Source of the DNA: a virus
Reading direction: 5' to 3' (one strand)
DNA length: 64,000 bases
Virus record (IMG/VR): IMGVR_UViG_3300045988_127310
Shown: one piece after another, positions 9,554 to 18,986 of the stretch
Position numbering within the stretch: position 1 is the stretch's first letter
Layout of the letters: each line of letters starts with the position of its first letter
The notes under the pieces: model-generated
The model's input: the letters and a program-made list of their open reading frames with translations, nothing else
The model's database searches: none
Told to the model about the DNA's origin: nothing
Translations under genes and position numbers: made by a program

Positions 9554-9877
9554 ATGGCAAGAGGTTATTATTGGATACCGCAGACAGATGAAACGTTAAA
9601 TGGCAGAAGCTATTACGTGGCTAAGATAGTAGGGGATATCACGTTTGATACTAAACGAAAAAGAATCGTATTTCAAGCTGATAGGTATTTCCCTGTAGGA
9701 TCTGTTTTCCATTTTACGCACAATTGCTTCAATTATATCATAACTTGCCGACTTCGTAAGCCGGGGCTTTGGTTTGAAGCCAGGAGAGAGGATTCGGGCC
9801 CTATTTGCCCTGAAGATATTGAGCGCTTTGAATCGGGAAGGTTTATACACCGAGATGGGTACATGCATTACATATAA
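9554..9877 (+). CDS. hypothetical protein (107 aa)
   Basis: ORF followed by a strong terminator. Confidence 0.5.
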   Translation: MARGYYWIPQTDETLNGRSYYVAKIVGDITFDTKRKRIVFQADRYFPVGSVFHFTHNCFNYIITCRLRKPGLWFEARREDSGPICPEDIERFESGRFIHRDGYMHYI

Positions 9878-9929
9878 GCTGAACTTGACGATTTTTCGTC
9901 AGATTATAATTTTTTTTCATATCATTTTT

Positions 9930-9968
9930 AAGCCATCAGACTTAGGAGTTAGATGGCTTTATTTTTTA
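9930..9968 (+). terminator. rho-independent terminator (AAGCCATC/GATGGCTT stem plus T-run)
   Basis: 8-bp perfect stem and 14-nt loop, followed by TTTATTTTTTAT. Confidence 0.6.
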
Positions 9969-9988
9969 TGATATGCTTGATTTTTAAC

Positions 9989-9996
9989 TACCTTTG
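9989..9996 (+). promoter_or_regulatory. Bacteroidetes-type -7 promoter element TAccTTTG upstream of the giant ORF
   Basis: Matches the TAnnTTTG -7 consensus of Bacteroides sigma-AB promoters, 24 nt before the ATG at 10020. No exact TTTG -33 partner was seen. Confidence 0.25.
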
Positions 9997-10019
9997 TCTC
10001 ATAACAAAAATGTTTTATC

Positions 10020-13000
10020 ATGGTATCAACGTGTATTATTAAAAGAGATAATAAAAAGAAAGTTGTTTCTGTCTCTACCAGATCAGGGGACAGGTCTATG
10101 TTGTTTGATAAAATAGCATCTGTTCCTCTTATGGAGAACAGGGAGCGGGCTACTACTGTTTTTAAAACCGTATTTTCCAACAAGTTCTTAAAGGCTTTTG
10201 GCGACTGGAGAAAGAGAGTGCCTATCAACAAACAGGCTTATAATAAGGTAAAATCCAACATCGATCTTATCCCAGAAGCCTATAGAGAAAGGGTGCTGGA
10301 TAAGGCTTCTAAGATGAGTAATCCTGTTCTTGTATCAAAATCAGATGCAACTTATGGGATTCAAGAATCAGGCTTCGGATTCTATAGCCAAGATCTGGGT
10401 GATAATATTATGTTGGTGGATGCTATGATCCCATCAAGTATTTCCGTACCGGAAGAACCAGGAATAGACGCCGGGCAGTATTTACAAGATGCTATATTTT
10501 CGGACTTCACTCCCGTATCTGTGGTACAGGATAAGGGTGTTAATTATATGGTTATAAAAGACGGTCTTAAGATATTTAGCCCAGAAGAGCTACCAGAAAC
10601 AGATTCTAATCCTGTGGGTGTAACGTATCAGACTGGAGAGCCTCGTTTGTTTTTCATGAACGATCGTAGTCAATTATTTGAAGATTACGGAGAAGCTCTT
10701 CGCTCTGGCGGGAATGATATCAGAATAGGGTTCTTATCAGGCACCGTTCAAGAATCTACCGTGGATGGCGTGGCAGACATTACTTACAAAGCTGGAAAGT
10801 ATGTTCTTAATAATCCCAAATCTTTTATACCGGTCATGACCGCTTCTGCTTCTACTTCTTTATCAACAAAAGGTGGTATAATTAACTACCTTATAAAGAA
10901 AGGTCTTTTGTCCGGATCTAAGATATTCGATCCTGAAACAAGAAGCTATTATCTTACAGGAGAAGGTCATACAGGACAAATTAGACTTTTCAATTCAGCC
11001 TTATCATACACCGAGCTCCGTAATCATTTTGGTTCCGATGTTTCCATGAACGACCAAGGTATGATAACCATAAGCTCGTTGGATAACAGTAAGGTAACTA
11101 TGAGACTCGCCACCGGAGGAACGGAAAGGATTAGTAGGGAACAGATAAAGAACGATCTTAAGTCAGGAAGATACAATGAATTGGACGCCAAGTACGATCA
11201 TTTTGATGCGCTTGTAGTTTCATTCATATTAGAAGATAACGATCTTTATGCTGATACTAAAGCTAAGATCGTATCAGATTATAGCAGGCAGGAACGTGAC
11301 CAACGAAATTCTATTGTCGAGATACTGAAAACGCTTGGCGTTAGTGTCATAGGTATGACCGACTATATAGAGAAGTACCAAACCAAATACGGGCACGAAC
11401 CTTCTGCTAAGGCATTGGCGGATATTGCTAATAACGTAATAGCAGTTGGTGAAGATGCTACTTTATCTGATTTAGTAGAAGAAACAGCCCACTTTCTTGT
11501 AGAGGCATACAGAGATCAGAATGCTGTTGAGGCTGTTCTGCAAGATGTAGAAGGTACGGAAGAGTGGAACCAGTATGCAGGTCAGTATTATAATACATAC
11601 GGTAAAGCGTATGAAGGAGCTGAGCTTGATAATGCTGTTAGGAGAGAAATTCTTGGAAAGATCCTCGCCAGGGAGATGCAGGCCGGCACAGCACAGGCGC
11701 CGGTAGAGCCCACCTCCTTCCTGGGGCGCGTCCGGCAGCTTTTCTCTGGAATCGTAAGCTGGCTTAAATCAGCTTTATCAACCCAAAGACAAGATTTGAA
11801 TAACGTTATTAAAAACATTCGTGATCTTGCCATTACTGACATAGATAAAGGATTTGACACCTCTCTGTTAAAGGATAATGACTTTACATTATACTCCCTT
11901 TCTTCTATGAACAAGAACAAGTTTCTTGAGTCTAAGATCAGATCACTAAGAAAAACATTAAGAGACTTACGTCAGATAAGCTCTGATAGGGCTGTAACTA
12001 CGTCTATGACCCTTGCGCAGCTTAAGACCATAGAAGATAAGATAAATAAGGTAGAGACCGAAATAGACAAGAATGAGATGGCGGCTGCCATGAACAGCAT
12101 GATCTCCACAGCCGAAGCTCAGGTCAGATACTTAAGCAATGTGGTGAACACCATCCTTCATGGTGATACCAAAGACGGCAAGCTTCACTTCAACACCAAT
12201 GATCGAAAGAACGTAGATATTATCAACAATCAGGTTCTTCCGATCATGAACGATCTTCGAGGATATATCCGTAACAGAAGTACCGAATTTGATGAACGTG
12301 AAAAGCAGGATTATACAAATAGGATCAACACCGTCATTGCCGACATCAATGGTATTCAGTCTGATATTAAATCAGTACAAGACCTTGATGAAAGTACGTT
12401 GCTTGATAAGTTAATGAACGAACTTCATGTGCCGGCAGATAAGGTAAAGAGAGTAAAAGAATTTTTCGACAAGGTTCAACACGATGTTTCTTGGATAAGT
12501 AGGTGGTTTGGTATATTAGAGCATTCTTCCAGTCCGTTCAATAACGCTCTTGGAGCTATGATTGCCAAAGACAATTACAATGCGATGGTGAATGCCCAGC
12601 CCGCCATATCCGATTTCCTGGCATATGCGAAAAAGCATGGTTTTAACAAATCTGAATTTGAAAAACTGCTTCAGAAAGTAGACGGCAAAACTTCTAATTA
12701 CCTTCGTAGTGCTCTTGATATGGCTAAATACGATCGTAATAAGAAGCTGGCGCAGATGCGAGCGTTTGCGACTGCCATGAACATAGAGATATCAGAAGAA
12801 GAAATTGGTGATGTGGTTGACAATAACCGTAATTACGTATTTAAAAGAGAAGTAGTTGACAAGGATGGAAATACGGTTACTGAAAACGCTAAATTCAAAC
12901 CATCGTCTGATAGGGTTAATACCGATATTTTTACCATCGAGCAGGAAAAGATCTATACGGAACAGATGGAAAAGTGGGATGCTGAAAATTCGGAACTGGA

Positions 13001-16000
13001 ATTTAGTGAAAGTTATGCCACAAGAATGGAATCCATATACAAAAAGGCTGAAGAAGAATTAGGGCATCCAGTTTCTCAAACAACCAAAGAATACCTTAAT
13101 GCTCTATCCAGGCAAAAACGGATACTGAGGCAGCCTTTTATTGATAGCGGTGGTAATTTTGATGAAGTTGCCTATTTTAAAAGCAGCAATTACGAAGAAG
13201 AAGGACTGCTTCGTAAACAACGTAAAGAAGCAGCTTCAGAATACATATATGTAGGAACCAGGAGAGTGGAAAAAACCGGCGACCAACTTAAGATGGCCAA
13301 AGAAATACAAGCTATAAATGAAGTTTGGAGAAAGGAATCAAATAATGTTACTAATGCCGTATCAGAATCGTTTTTGCAAAAATTGAGAGCGATTCAGAGC
13401 GAATCAGGAGGGGAAGCTGCATTGAGAACGCTTATGTTGGGTGGTCACCTGTCATTCAACGATCGGTTTTGGAATGATATAGAATCGGAACAGTCAGCGC
13501 GCACCGAATCAAATAACAAGGCTTCGTATCTCAAAATGGCGCATGATATCATTAGTTCTACGACAAGCGATAGAGATGCGACTGACGTGGATTCTATTGT
13601 GAAAGATATAGAAAAAAATAAGGCTATTATCAAGGAAATAATCGGAAACAATCGCGATGTGGCTGATATCGGAGAAATTAACGAAGCAACATTTACCTCA
13701 TCCGAAAGAGATGCTTTTAGGGCCGCATCTGAAGCTATTGAAGCCGATTACGCTATTTTGATAGATTATGCTAAGATGGTGGGTCTTGAAGATATTGATA
13801 AGTACCTTACTAAAAGCAATAAGGCTGAAAACGAAGTAAATCAGTCTTATTTAAATGCTCTTGCTGACTCCAAGGAAGTGGAATGGAAGTTCGTACAACG
13901 TCATACTACGGCGAAGAAAGCAAAAAGGATTCAGGCTTTAAGGGATAAGCTGTTTAAGGCTGCTGATAACCGATATCTGTTTACCGTATCTGAAACCAAC
14001 TACCTGTCAGAAAAGCTTGGTATAAGCAAAGAATTAGACGGTAGAGATTTTAGGAATGCTGTTAATGCTAAGATGGCCAGCTTGTTTTTAAATAATACAA
14101 GAGAAGAGGGTATAGAAGCTGACATAAAAGCGGGCATAGAAGAGGCCAATGCTATTGTTAATGAATTTGCCAGGAGCCAGGTCTTTTCGTACTATAAACG
14201 CATGGCGCCTACTGGATATGCGGCTATGATCGACAAAATCGGTCGAGGTGAGATAGATGTGGCGCAGATGGTTAAGGACGTACAAAACGGTACATCCACC
14301 CAAGATTATGGCATGGATATATCGTACCTTTCTTTCGATCCTGCAAGGGCATGGGTGGCTGAATCTGAAGCCGAAAATAGCGGCCGTAATCCTGATTATG
14401 TAAAAGATCATGGGTATGGTCATCGAATGCCTAAGAAAAGCCTGTATCGTGATGAATCGTATTTCAATGACTTTGGCATCAAGTATGATGTTGACGGTAA
14501 TGAGGTTGCTACTAAAAATGTAGAGCAGTGGAATATGATTCAAAAACTCAAGGAAATAAAAAGACAATCCCTTGATCTATACAAAGAGCAGAGCCCGAAC
14601 CTGTATGCTATTCCACAGATATCAAAACAAGACATAGAACGTATAGAAGGATTGGGTATTAACTTCAAAAATACGGTTCGTAATTTTGTATCAGATCTGT
14701 GCCTGGACAGAGTAGACGATTCTCTATATGGTAAGACCAGGCAAGGAGAAGTGTATGACCCGGAAGACAGACTTAGGTCTATACCTAAATACTACATATA
14801 TGAGTTGGAGAACCAAGATGATGTATCTCACGATTTTGGCTACTCTTATTCGATGCTTATGATGCAGTCATCGTTATACAACGAAAAGCAGAAGTCTATA
14901 GAGCTCGCTCAAGGACTGGAACAGATGTTACTGAACAAGCAATTTGAAGGCGGTAAGAAGGCTGAAGCAACCCAAGCATATCAGATGTTCAGAGACTTCT
15001 TCAACGATCATTATTATGGCATTAGGATGAACACCAAAAGACTTACGGTGAACATCGGAGGATATACGGTAGACCTTACAAGAATTATGATGGCTGTTGA
15101 AAGATTTATGTCGGTCATGAACTTGGCACTGTCTCCGTTTGTGGCAGCTACCGGCGCCTTAACAGGTCATATCAACCTCATCATGGAATCTGCCGTAGGA
15201 CAGTATATAAGCAAAGACTCCCTTAAATACGCATCGGCTGAATTTTCACGCCTTGCTCCATCTTGTATAGCAGAAACCGGAGACATAGATAGGAAAAGTA
15301 AATTATATGTCATAGGTGAGAGAATGGGGATATTCAATATCCGAAATCGTATGTATGGTGCCGGATACAATAGAGCGGCCAGGACCTTAATGCGTTCGCC
15401 TATGTATGCTTTTATGGAAATCCTGAACTACCCTCTTGATCCGCAGGTTATGATTGCTACTATGGACAATGTTCGTTATTACAAAGGCCGGTTCTACACG
15501 CTCCAAGATTTCAAGATGGAAAAAGAACGCAATAAAGAACAGAGTACCATAAAAAGAGAATGGAACGCATTAAAAGATCGTACTTTATGGAGTATGGTAG
15601 ACGTCGTGGATGGGAAGGTGGTTGTAAAGCCCGGATCAGGTGTTACTGTTGAGGAAGTTGAAACCCAGATGGCTATAACCAGGAATCAAGTCCGTAGCTT
15701 GTCGCAGATATGTAACGGATCTTTGAATGAAGAAAACCGAACTGCTGCATCGCGCAACTGGATAGCCAGGTTCATGACCGCCCACCGAGGATGGTTGGTG
15801 CTGGCGGCTCAACGTCTGTGGAAAAGACGTGGCTTCAATTTCCAGACAATGCAAGAAGAGGAAGGGTTGTCAATTACGTTAAAGAATATGATAGCCAAAA
15901 CATTTAGCCTGGCTTCCGAGTCTGGTATGAAAAACATCATAGATGCCTGGAATGAAAATAAAGACAATATGAATGAGGTAGAAAAAACCAATCTCAAACG

Positions 16001-16466
16001 TCTCAGTGTCTATGCCGGCACGTTCCTTATCATGCAGGCCGTATCTATGCTTCTTGCCGGATGGCGTGATGATGATGAAAACGAAGAAAGTTGGCTTACT
16101 CAATTCGGATCCTATGTCGGATTCAGAACCATAAACGAAATAGCTTCACAGATGCCGTTTATTATGGAGCTTAACGTGGTAGATATCATTAACGATCCGT
16201 TTGTTATGGGGCGGAAACTGAAGGATCTTACCGATCTTAGGAATTATTCACTTGATAAAGTAACATCCGGCACATACAAAGGAGAGTCTAAGTTATTTAG
16301 GCAACTCGCCAAACAGACGTTTATCAAACAATGGTATAATATCAAGACGCCGGAAGACGTAGCGTGCGCTTATAATTGGTGGCAGCAGACGAACAACAAG
16401 TCAATGATGTTCTTCATCGGCGCCACTCCTGATTCGGAAGGTGATGAGGATACAAGCTACAAATAG
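10020..16466 (+). CDS. giant protein (2148 aa) with long coiled-coil stretches and a C-terminal hydrophobic helix; tape-measure-like or ejected-cargo-like; function unassigned
   Basis: Single uninterrupted ORF bracketed by terminators. It has coiled-coil-like heptad segments and a C-terminal hydrophobic helix (VYAGTFLIMQAVSMLLAGW). No polymerase, terminase or portal motif was recognised. Confidence 0.75.
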   Translation: MVSTCIIKRDNKKKVVSVSTRSGDRSMLFDKIASVPLMENRERATTVFKTVFSNKFLKAFGDWRKRVPINKQAYNKVKSNIDLIPEAYRERVLDKASKMSNPVLVSKSDATYGIQESGFGFYSQDLGDNIMLVDAMIPSSISVPEEPGIDAGQYLQDAIFSDFTPVSVVQDKGVNYMVIKDGLKIFSPEELPETDSNPVGVTYQTGEPRLFFMNDRSQLFEDYGEALRSGGNDIRIGFLSGTVQESTVDGVADITYKAGKYVLNNPKSFIPVMTASASTSLSTKGGIINYLIKKGLLSGSKIFDPETRSYYLTGEGHTGQIRLFNSALSYTELRNHFGSDVSMNDQGMITISSLDNSKVTMRLATGGTERISREQIKNDLKSGRYNELDAKYDHFDALVVSFILEDNDLYADTKAKIVSDYSRQERDQRNSIVEILKTLGVSVIGMTDYIEKYQTKYGHEPSAKALADIANNVIAVGEDATLSDLVEETAHFLVEAYRDQNAVEAVLQDVEGTEEWNQYAGQYYNTYGKAYEGAELDNAVRREILGKILAREMQAGTAQAPVEPTSFLGRVRQLFSGIVSWLKSALSTQRQDLNNVIKNIRDLAITDIDKGFDTSLLKDNDFTLYSLSSMNKNKFLESKIRSLRKTLRDLRQISSDRAVTTSMTLAQLKTIEDKINKVETEIDKNEMAAAMNSMISTAEAQVRYLSNVVNTILHGDTKDGKLHFNTNDRKNVDIINNQVLPIMNDLRGYIRNRSTEFDEREKQDYTNRINTVIADINGIQSDIKSVQDLDESTLLDKLMNELHVPADKVKRVKEFFDKVQHDVSWISRWFGILEHSSSPFNNALGAMIAKDNYNAMVNAQPAISDFLAYAKKHGFNKSEFEKLLQKVDGKTSNYLRSALDMAKYDRNKKLAQMRAFATAMNIEISEEEIGDVVDNNRNYVFKREVVDKDGNTVTENAKFKPSSDRVNTDIFTIEQEKIYTEQMEKWDAENSELEFSESYATRMESIYKKAEEELGHPVSQTTKEYLNALSRQKRILRQPFIDSGGNFDEVAYFKSSNYEEEGLLRKQRKEAASEYIYVGTRRVEKTGDQLKMAKEIQAINEVWRKESNNVTNAVSESFLQKLRAIQSESGGEAALRTLMLGGHLSFNDRFWNDIESEQSARTESNNKASYLKMAHDIISSTTSDRDATDVDSIVKDIEKNKAIIKEIIGNNRDVADIGEINEATFTSSERDAFRAASEAIEADYAILIDYAKMVGLEDIDKYLTKSNKAENEVNQSYLNALADSKEVEWKFVQRHTTAKKAKRIQALRDKLFKAADNRYLFTVSETNYLSEKLGISKELDGRDFRNAVNAKMASLFLNNTREEGIEADIKAGIEEANAIVNEFARSQVFSYYKRMAPTGYAAMIDKIGRGEIDVAQMVKDVQNGTSTQDYGMDISYLSFDPARAWVAESEAENSGRNPDYVKDHGYGHRMPKKSLYRDESYFNDFGIKYDVDGNEVATKNVEQWNMIQKLKEIKRQSLDLYKEQSPNLYAIPQISKQDIERIEGLGINFKNTVRNFVSDLCLDRVDDSLYGKTRQGEVYDPEDRLRSIPKYYIYELENQDDVSHDFGYSYSMLMMQSSLYNEKQKSIELAQGLEQMLLNKQFEGGKKAEATQAYQMFRDFFNDHYYGIRMNTKRLTVNIGGYTVDLTRIMMAVERFMSVMNLALSPFVAATGALTGHINLIMESAVGQYISKDSLKYASAEFSRLAPSCIAETGDIDRKSKLYVIGERMGIFNIRNRMYGAGYNRAARTLMRSPMYAFMEILNYPLDPQVMIATMDNVRYYKGRFYTLQDFKMEKERNKEQSTIKREWNALKDRTLWSMVDVVDGKVVVKPGSGVTVEEVETQMAITRNQVRSLSQICNGSLNEENRTAASRNWIARFMTAHRGWLVLAAQRLWKRRGFNFQTMQEEEGLSITLKNMIAKTFSLASESGMKNIIDAWNENKDNMNEVEKTNLKRLSVYAGTFLIMQAVSMLLAGWRDDDENEESWLTQFGSYVGFRTINEIASQMPFIMELNVVDIINDPFVMGRKLKDLTDLRNYSLDKVTSGTYKGESKLFRQLAKQTFIKQWYNIKTPEDVACAYNWWQQTNNKSMMFFIGATPDSEGDEDTSYK

Positions 16467-16591
16467 ACGAAAAATATCAGACTTGCATTGTTTTTGTATG
16501 ATTCCAATATGCTATATTAGCATCGTCAAAGAGTAGATTGTACGTTTTTTGTTCTTACTTGAAAGGTTATGTAGGTTTATTTTTTCTGAAA

Positions 16592-16634
16592 TTGTTTTCT
16601 TACCGGTTCTCAGTCAGAGATGATAGGGAACCGG
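16592..16634 (+). terminator. rho-independent terminator (ACCGGTTC/GAACCGGT stem plus T-run)
   Basis: 8-bp perfect stem followed by TTTCTTTTAT, 126 nt after the giant ORF stop. It overlaps the track's nominal start (16620) of the next ORF. Confidence 0.6.
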
Positions 16635-16680
16635 TTTCTTTTATGTTGTCAATTATTGCTATCTTGCAAACAAAAAATCA

Positions 16681-17111
16681 TGAGACGAAGATTTCAAATA
16701 GGGATGGGGGTAAATCCCTCGCTTATAATCAATAAAGGCATATACATCCAACATGTAGATGGAGGATTATATACAAAAGAAAATTGGTCTAATAAAGGAT
16801 ATTCCAATGATCTATGCAATGGAATAGCTCTTGTAGATAAAGTGTGTTTTGTTATAGCCACCGAATATATTGGCACATTTCGTTGGGGTAAGAATGGAGA
16901 AATAGACAATATATTTGCACAAGATAGTTCTCATATTGGAACTATTAAAAAGGATTATTGGGGGCGTGAAAATCAGAATGCGTATCTTGAATATGATACC
17001 AGTAATACAGATTACGCTTTTAATAAAGCTAATAGCTATTTATTTAAAAATGGTCAAAATGGATATGTAGGTGGCGCCGGAGAGTTTTTTTTTGATATCA
17101 TTGTATGCTAA
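16681..17111 (+). CDS. hypothetical protein beginning MRRRF
   Basis: The ATG at 16681 lies after the terminator. The N-terminus is MRRRFQ. Gly/Asn/Tyr-rich, with a possible beta-rich binding module. Confidence 0.5.
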
Positions 17112-17302
17112 TGAAATAAACGAATGTCTTTTAATGGTAGGAGGTACGATAATGAGTAATAAAATGTGGACATCCACTCAATCTACACAATTTACCTATT
17201 CGTGGTATTATGATATAAACATCCAAGGAGATCATTTGGATACAAGTACAAGGAGTAATCCACGTTATGTCCGCCCCTTTACCGAATTAATTTTATGAAA
17301 TT

Positions 17303-18040
17303 ATGAGAAGAAGATTTGAAAATAATGCTAAACTATATGAGTATAAGATAGTTAGCAATTGTATAGGGGGGGGGGTAATCGTAGAGGGAAAGAAAGTAGG
17401 CACCATTCCACAGGGCGGGCAATTTATCTTTCTGTCTAAAAAAGAACGGCTGGATTCCATAAGTGTCCAAGGCGGTGTTCCAATGGAAGATAGGCGAGAG
17501 ATCGATAGTCAGGTTGATACGACAGAGAAATTGCTTGAACAGGATTCGGTGGTTCTTGCTATTGCTTTAGCAACCTCTTCTTATTATGGATTTAGAGTAA
17601 GTGTGATAGCACCTGATGAGTTTACGCTAAGAACAACCAATAGGATTAATAGAACCTTTTTAATAACAAGCTTTACTCCACCTGCTGCTATATACGGTGT
17701 AAACTTTGGTGATCCTATTGTCCTTAATTATGATAGTTACCAATATGAGATGCCAGATCTTGTAATTGATGGACCTCATGATAGAATAGTTAGGGCAGAT
17801 CCTAATCTTACTTGGGTTGTAGAATGTACAGACGCCGACTTTAAACCTTTGCCATATCCAAAATCATGGTCTGGCCAAGGTTTAAATTCTATGTTCTTAC
17901 CAGAAATGAAACGTCTTGCTCCTGGTGATCATCATGTATCATATACAGCTTATATTAATTTGGACTTGATAGATGATGGCGGAAGTAAAGTTCATACTGA
18001 ATATCTGATATTAAAAAAAACACTTAATTTTACGATATGA
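17303..18040 (+). CDS. hypothetical protein (245 aa) beginning MRRRF
   Basis: N-terminus MRRRFENN. Last rightward gene before the strand switch. Confidence 0.55.
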   Translation: MRRRFENNAKLYEYKIVSNCIGGGVIVEGKKVGTIPQGGQFIFLSKKERLDSISVQGGVPMEDRREIDSQVDTTEKLLEQDSVVLAIALATSSYYGFRVSVIAPDEFTLRTTNRINRTFLITSFTPPAAIYGVNFGDPIVLNYDSYQYEMPDLVIDGPHDRIVRADPNLTWVVECTDADFKPLPYPKSWSGQGLNSMFLPEMKRLAPGDHHVSYTAYINLDLIDDGGSKVHTEYLILKKTLNFTI

Positions 18041-18129
18041 CAACAATCCCCAACCGTACGCCTATTGTATGGTTGGGGATTGTTGTAGTTACCATCTTTT
18101 CTTATATAAGCAGAACATGAAATAAGTTT

Positions 18130-18618
18130 CTAAGCATTAACTTCATGACCTTCCCTATCTGTGAAAACTAAACCAATACCTTCTATGATATGTCCTACTA
18201 CAGGAGCTTTGTCAAATTCCTCCTTCGTAGCCCAAGTAGCATTATCAGGCATCAGATCCTTGAATGCGTCCGAAACATCACCTTGACACCAGCAGTTATT
18301 TGATGTAACAACGCCTTTCCCTTCGATATTGATATACATTTTTCTTCCATCACATCCAAGGCTGTTCCATCCGCTCGGTACGTTTTCCACCATAGGCTTA
18401 AGCACCCAGCTTACACCGTCTATCCTAACCCATCCAGGATCGTCTTTGTGCTTGTCGTACAAGTTTTGCCAAAAAGAGCATTCGTAGCACCATCCCCTGT
18501 CTTCCATGACAGTTCTTATCTCACTCCTTTCAAATCCATCTGCATCCATCGTGTGCGGAGAATGAGGCTGGTGAGGGGTGCCACATTTTGGACATACGAG
18601 TTTTAAATTATTTTTCAT
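18130..18618 (-). CDS. hypothetical protein with N-terminal zinc ribbon (CPKCG)
   Basis: ORF convergent with the rightward block. Confidence 0.5.
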   Translation of the reverse strand: MKNNLKLVCPKCGTPHQPHSPHTMDADGFERSEIRTVMEDRGWCYECSFWQNLYDKHKDDPGWVRIDGVSWVLKPMVENVPSGWNSLGCDGRKMYINIEGKGVVTSNNCWCQGDVSDAFKDLMPDNATWATKEEFDKAPVVGHIIEGIGLVFTDREGHEVNA

Positions 18619-18750
18619 ATTATTTCACTTTTACGATTTTAATAGAATCTCCGATATTGTATTCTCCTTGGTATCCAACGAATTTTATGATTCTATTATG
18701 TTTAAATATTGAAGGTGATTATATACAACTTTGCACCATCTATATAAAAC

Positions 18751-18795
18751 AGAAGCCGGATAATGATTAACGTATATCCGGCTTCTGTTTTATAT
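18751..18795. terminator. bidirectional terminator hairpin (AGAAGCCGGATA/TATCCGGCTTCT)
   Basis: 12-bp perfect stem flanked by A-run and T-run on both sides. Confidence 0.6.
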
Positions 18796-18797
18796 GG

Positions 18798-18986
18798 TTA
18801 AAATTCTTTTTCGTTACCACCTTTTTTAGAGGTGGTTTTATCAAAAAGAGGGTCGTTAGGATCTGTTTTGGGATTATAGCTAAATACACCTTTAGCTATT
18901 CTCTTCATATCCTTCTCTAATTTTCCACTTTTACTACTTCTGATCGTAGTAGTGGTTGATATTGTGAATTTCTTATTTTTTTTCAT
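18798..18986 (-). CDS. small basic ORF downstream of the transposase
   Basis: 62 aa; overlaps the transposase stop by 4 nt. Weak. Confidence 0.3.
   Translation of the reverse strand: MKKNKKFTISTTTTIRSSKSGKLEKDMKRIAKGVFSYNPKTDPNDPLFDKTTSKKGGNEKEF

Noticed and set aside
10020-16466. Giant ORF as a crAss-like virion RNA polymerase
   Set aside because: The closest candidate catalytic motifs are YDVDGNE and VDVVDGK, which lack the third Asp of DxDGD. No other polymerase signature was seen.
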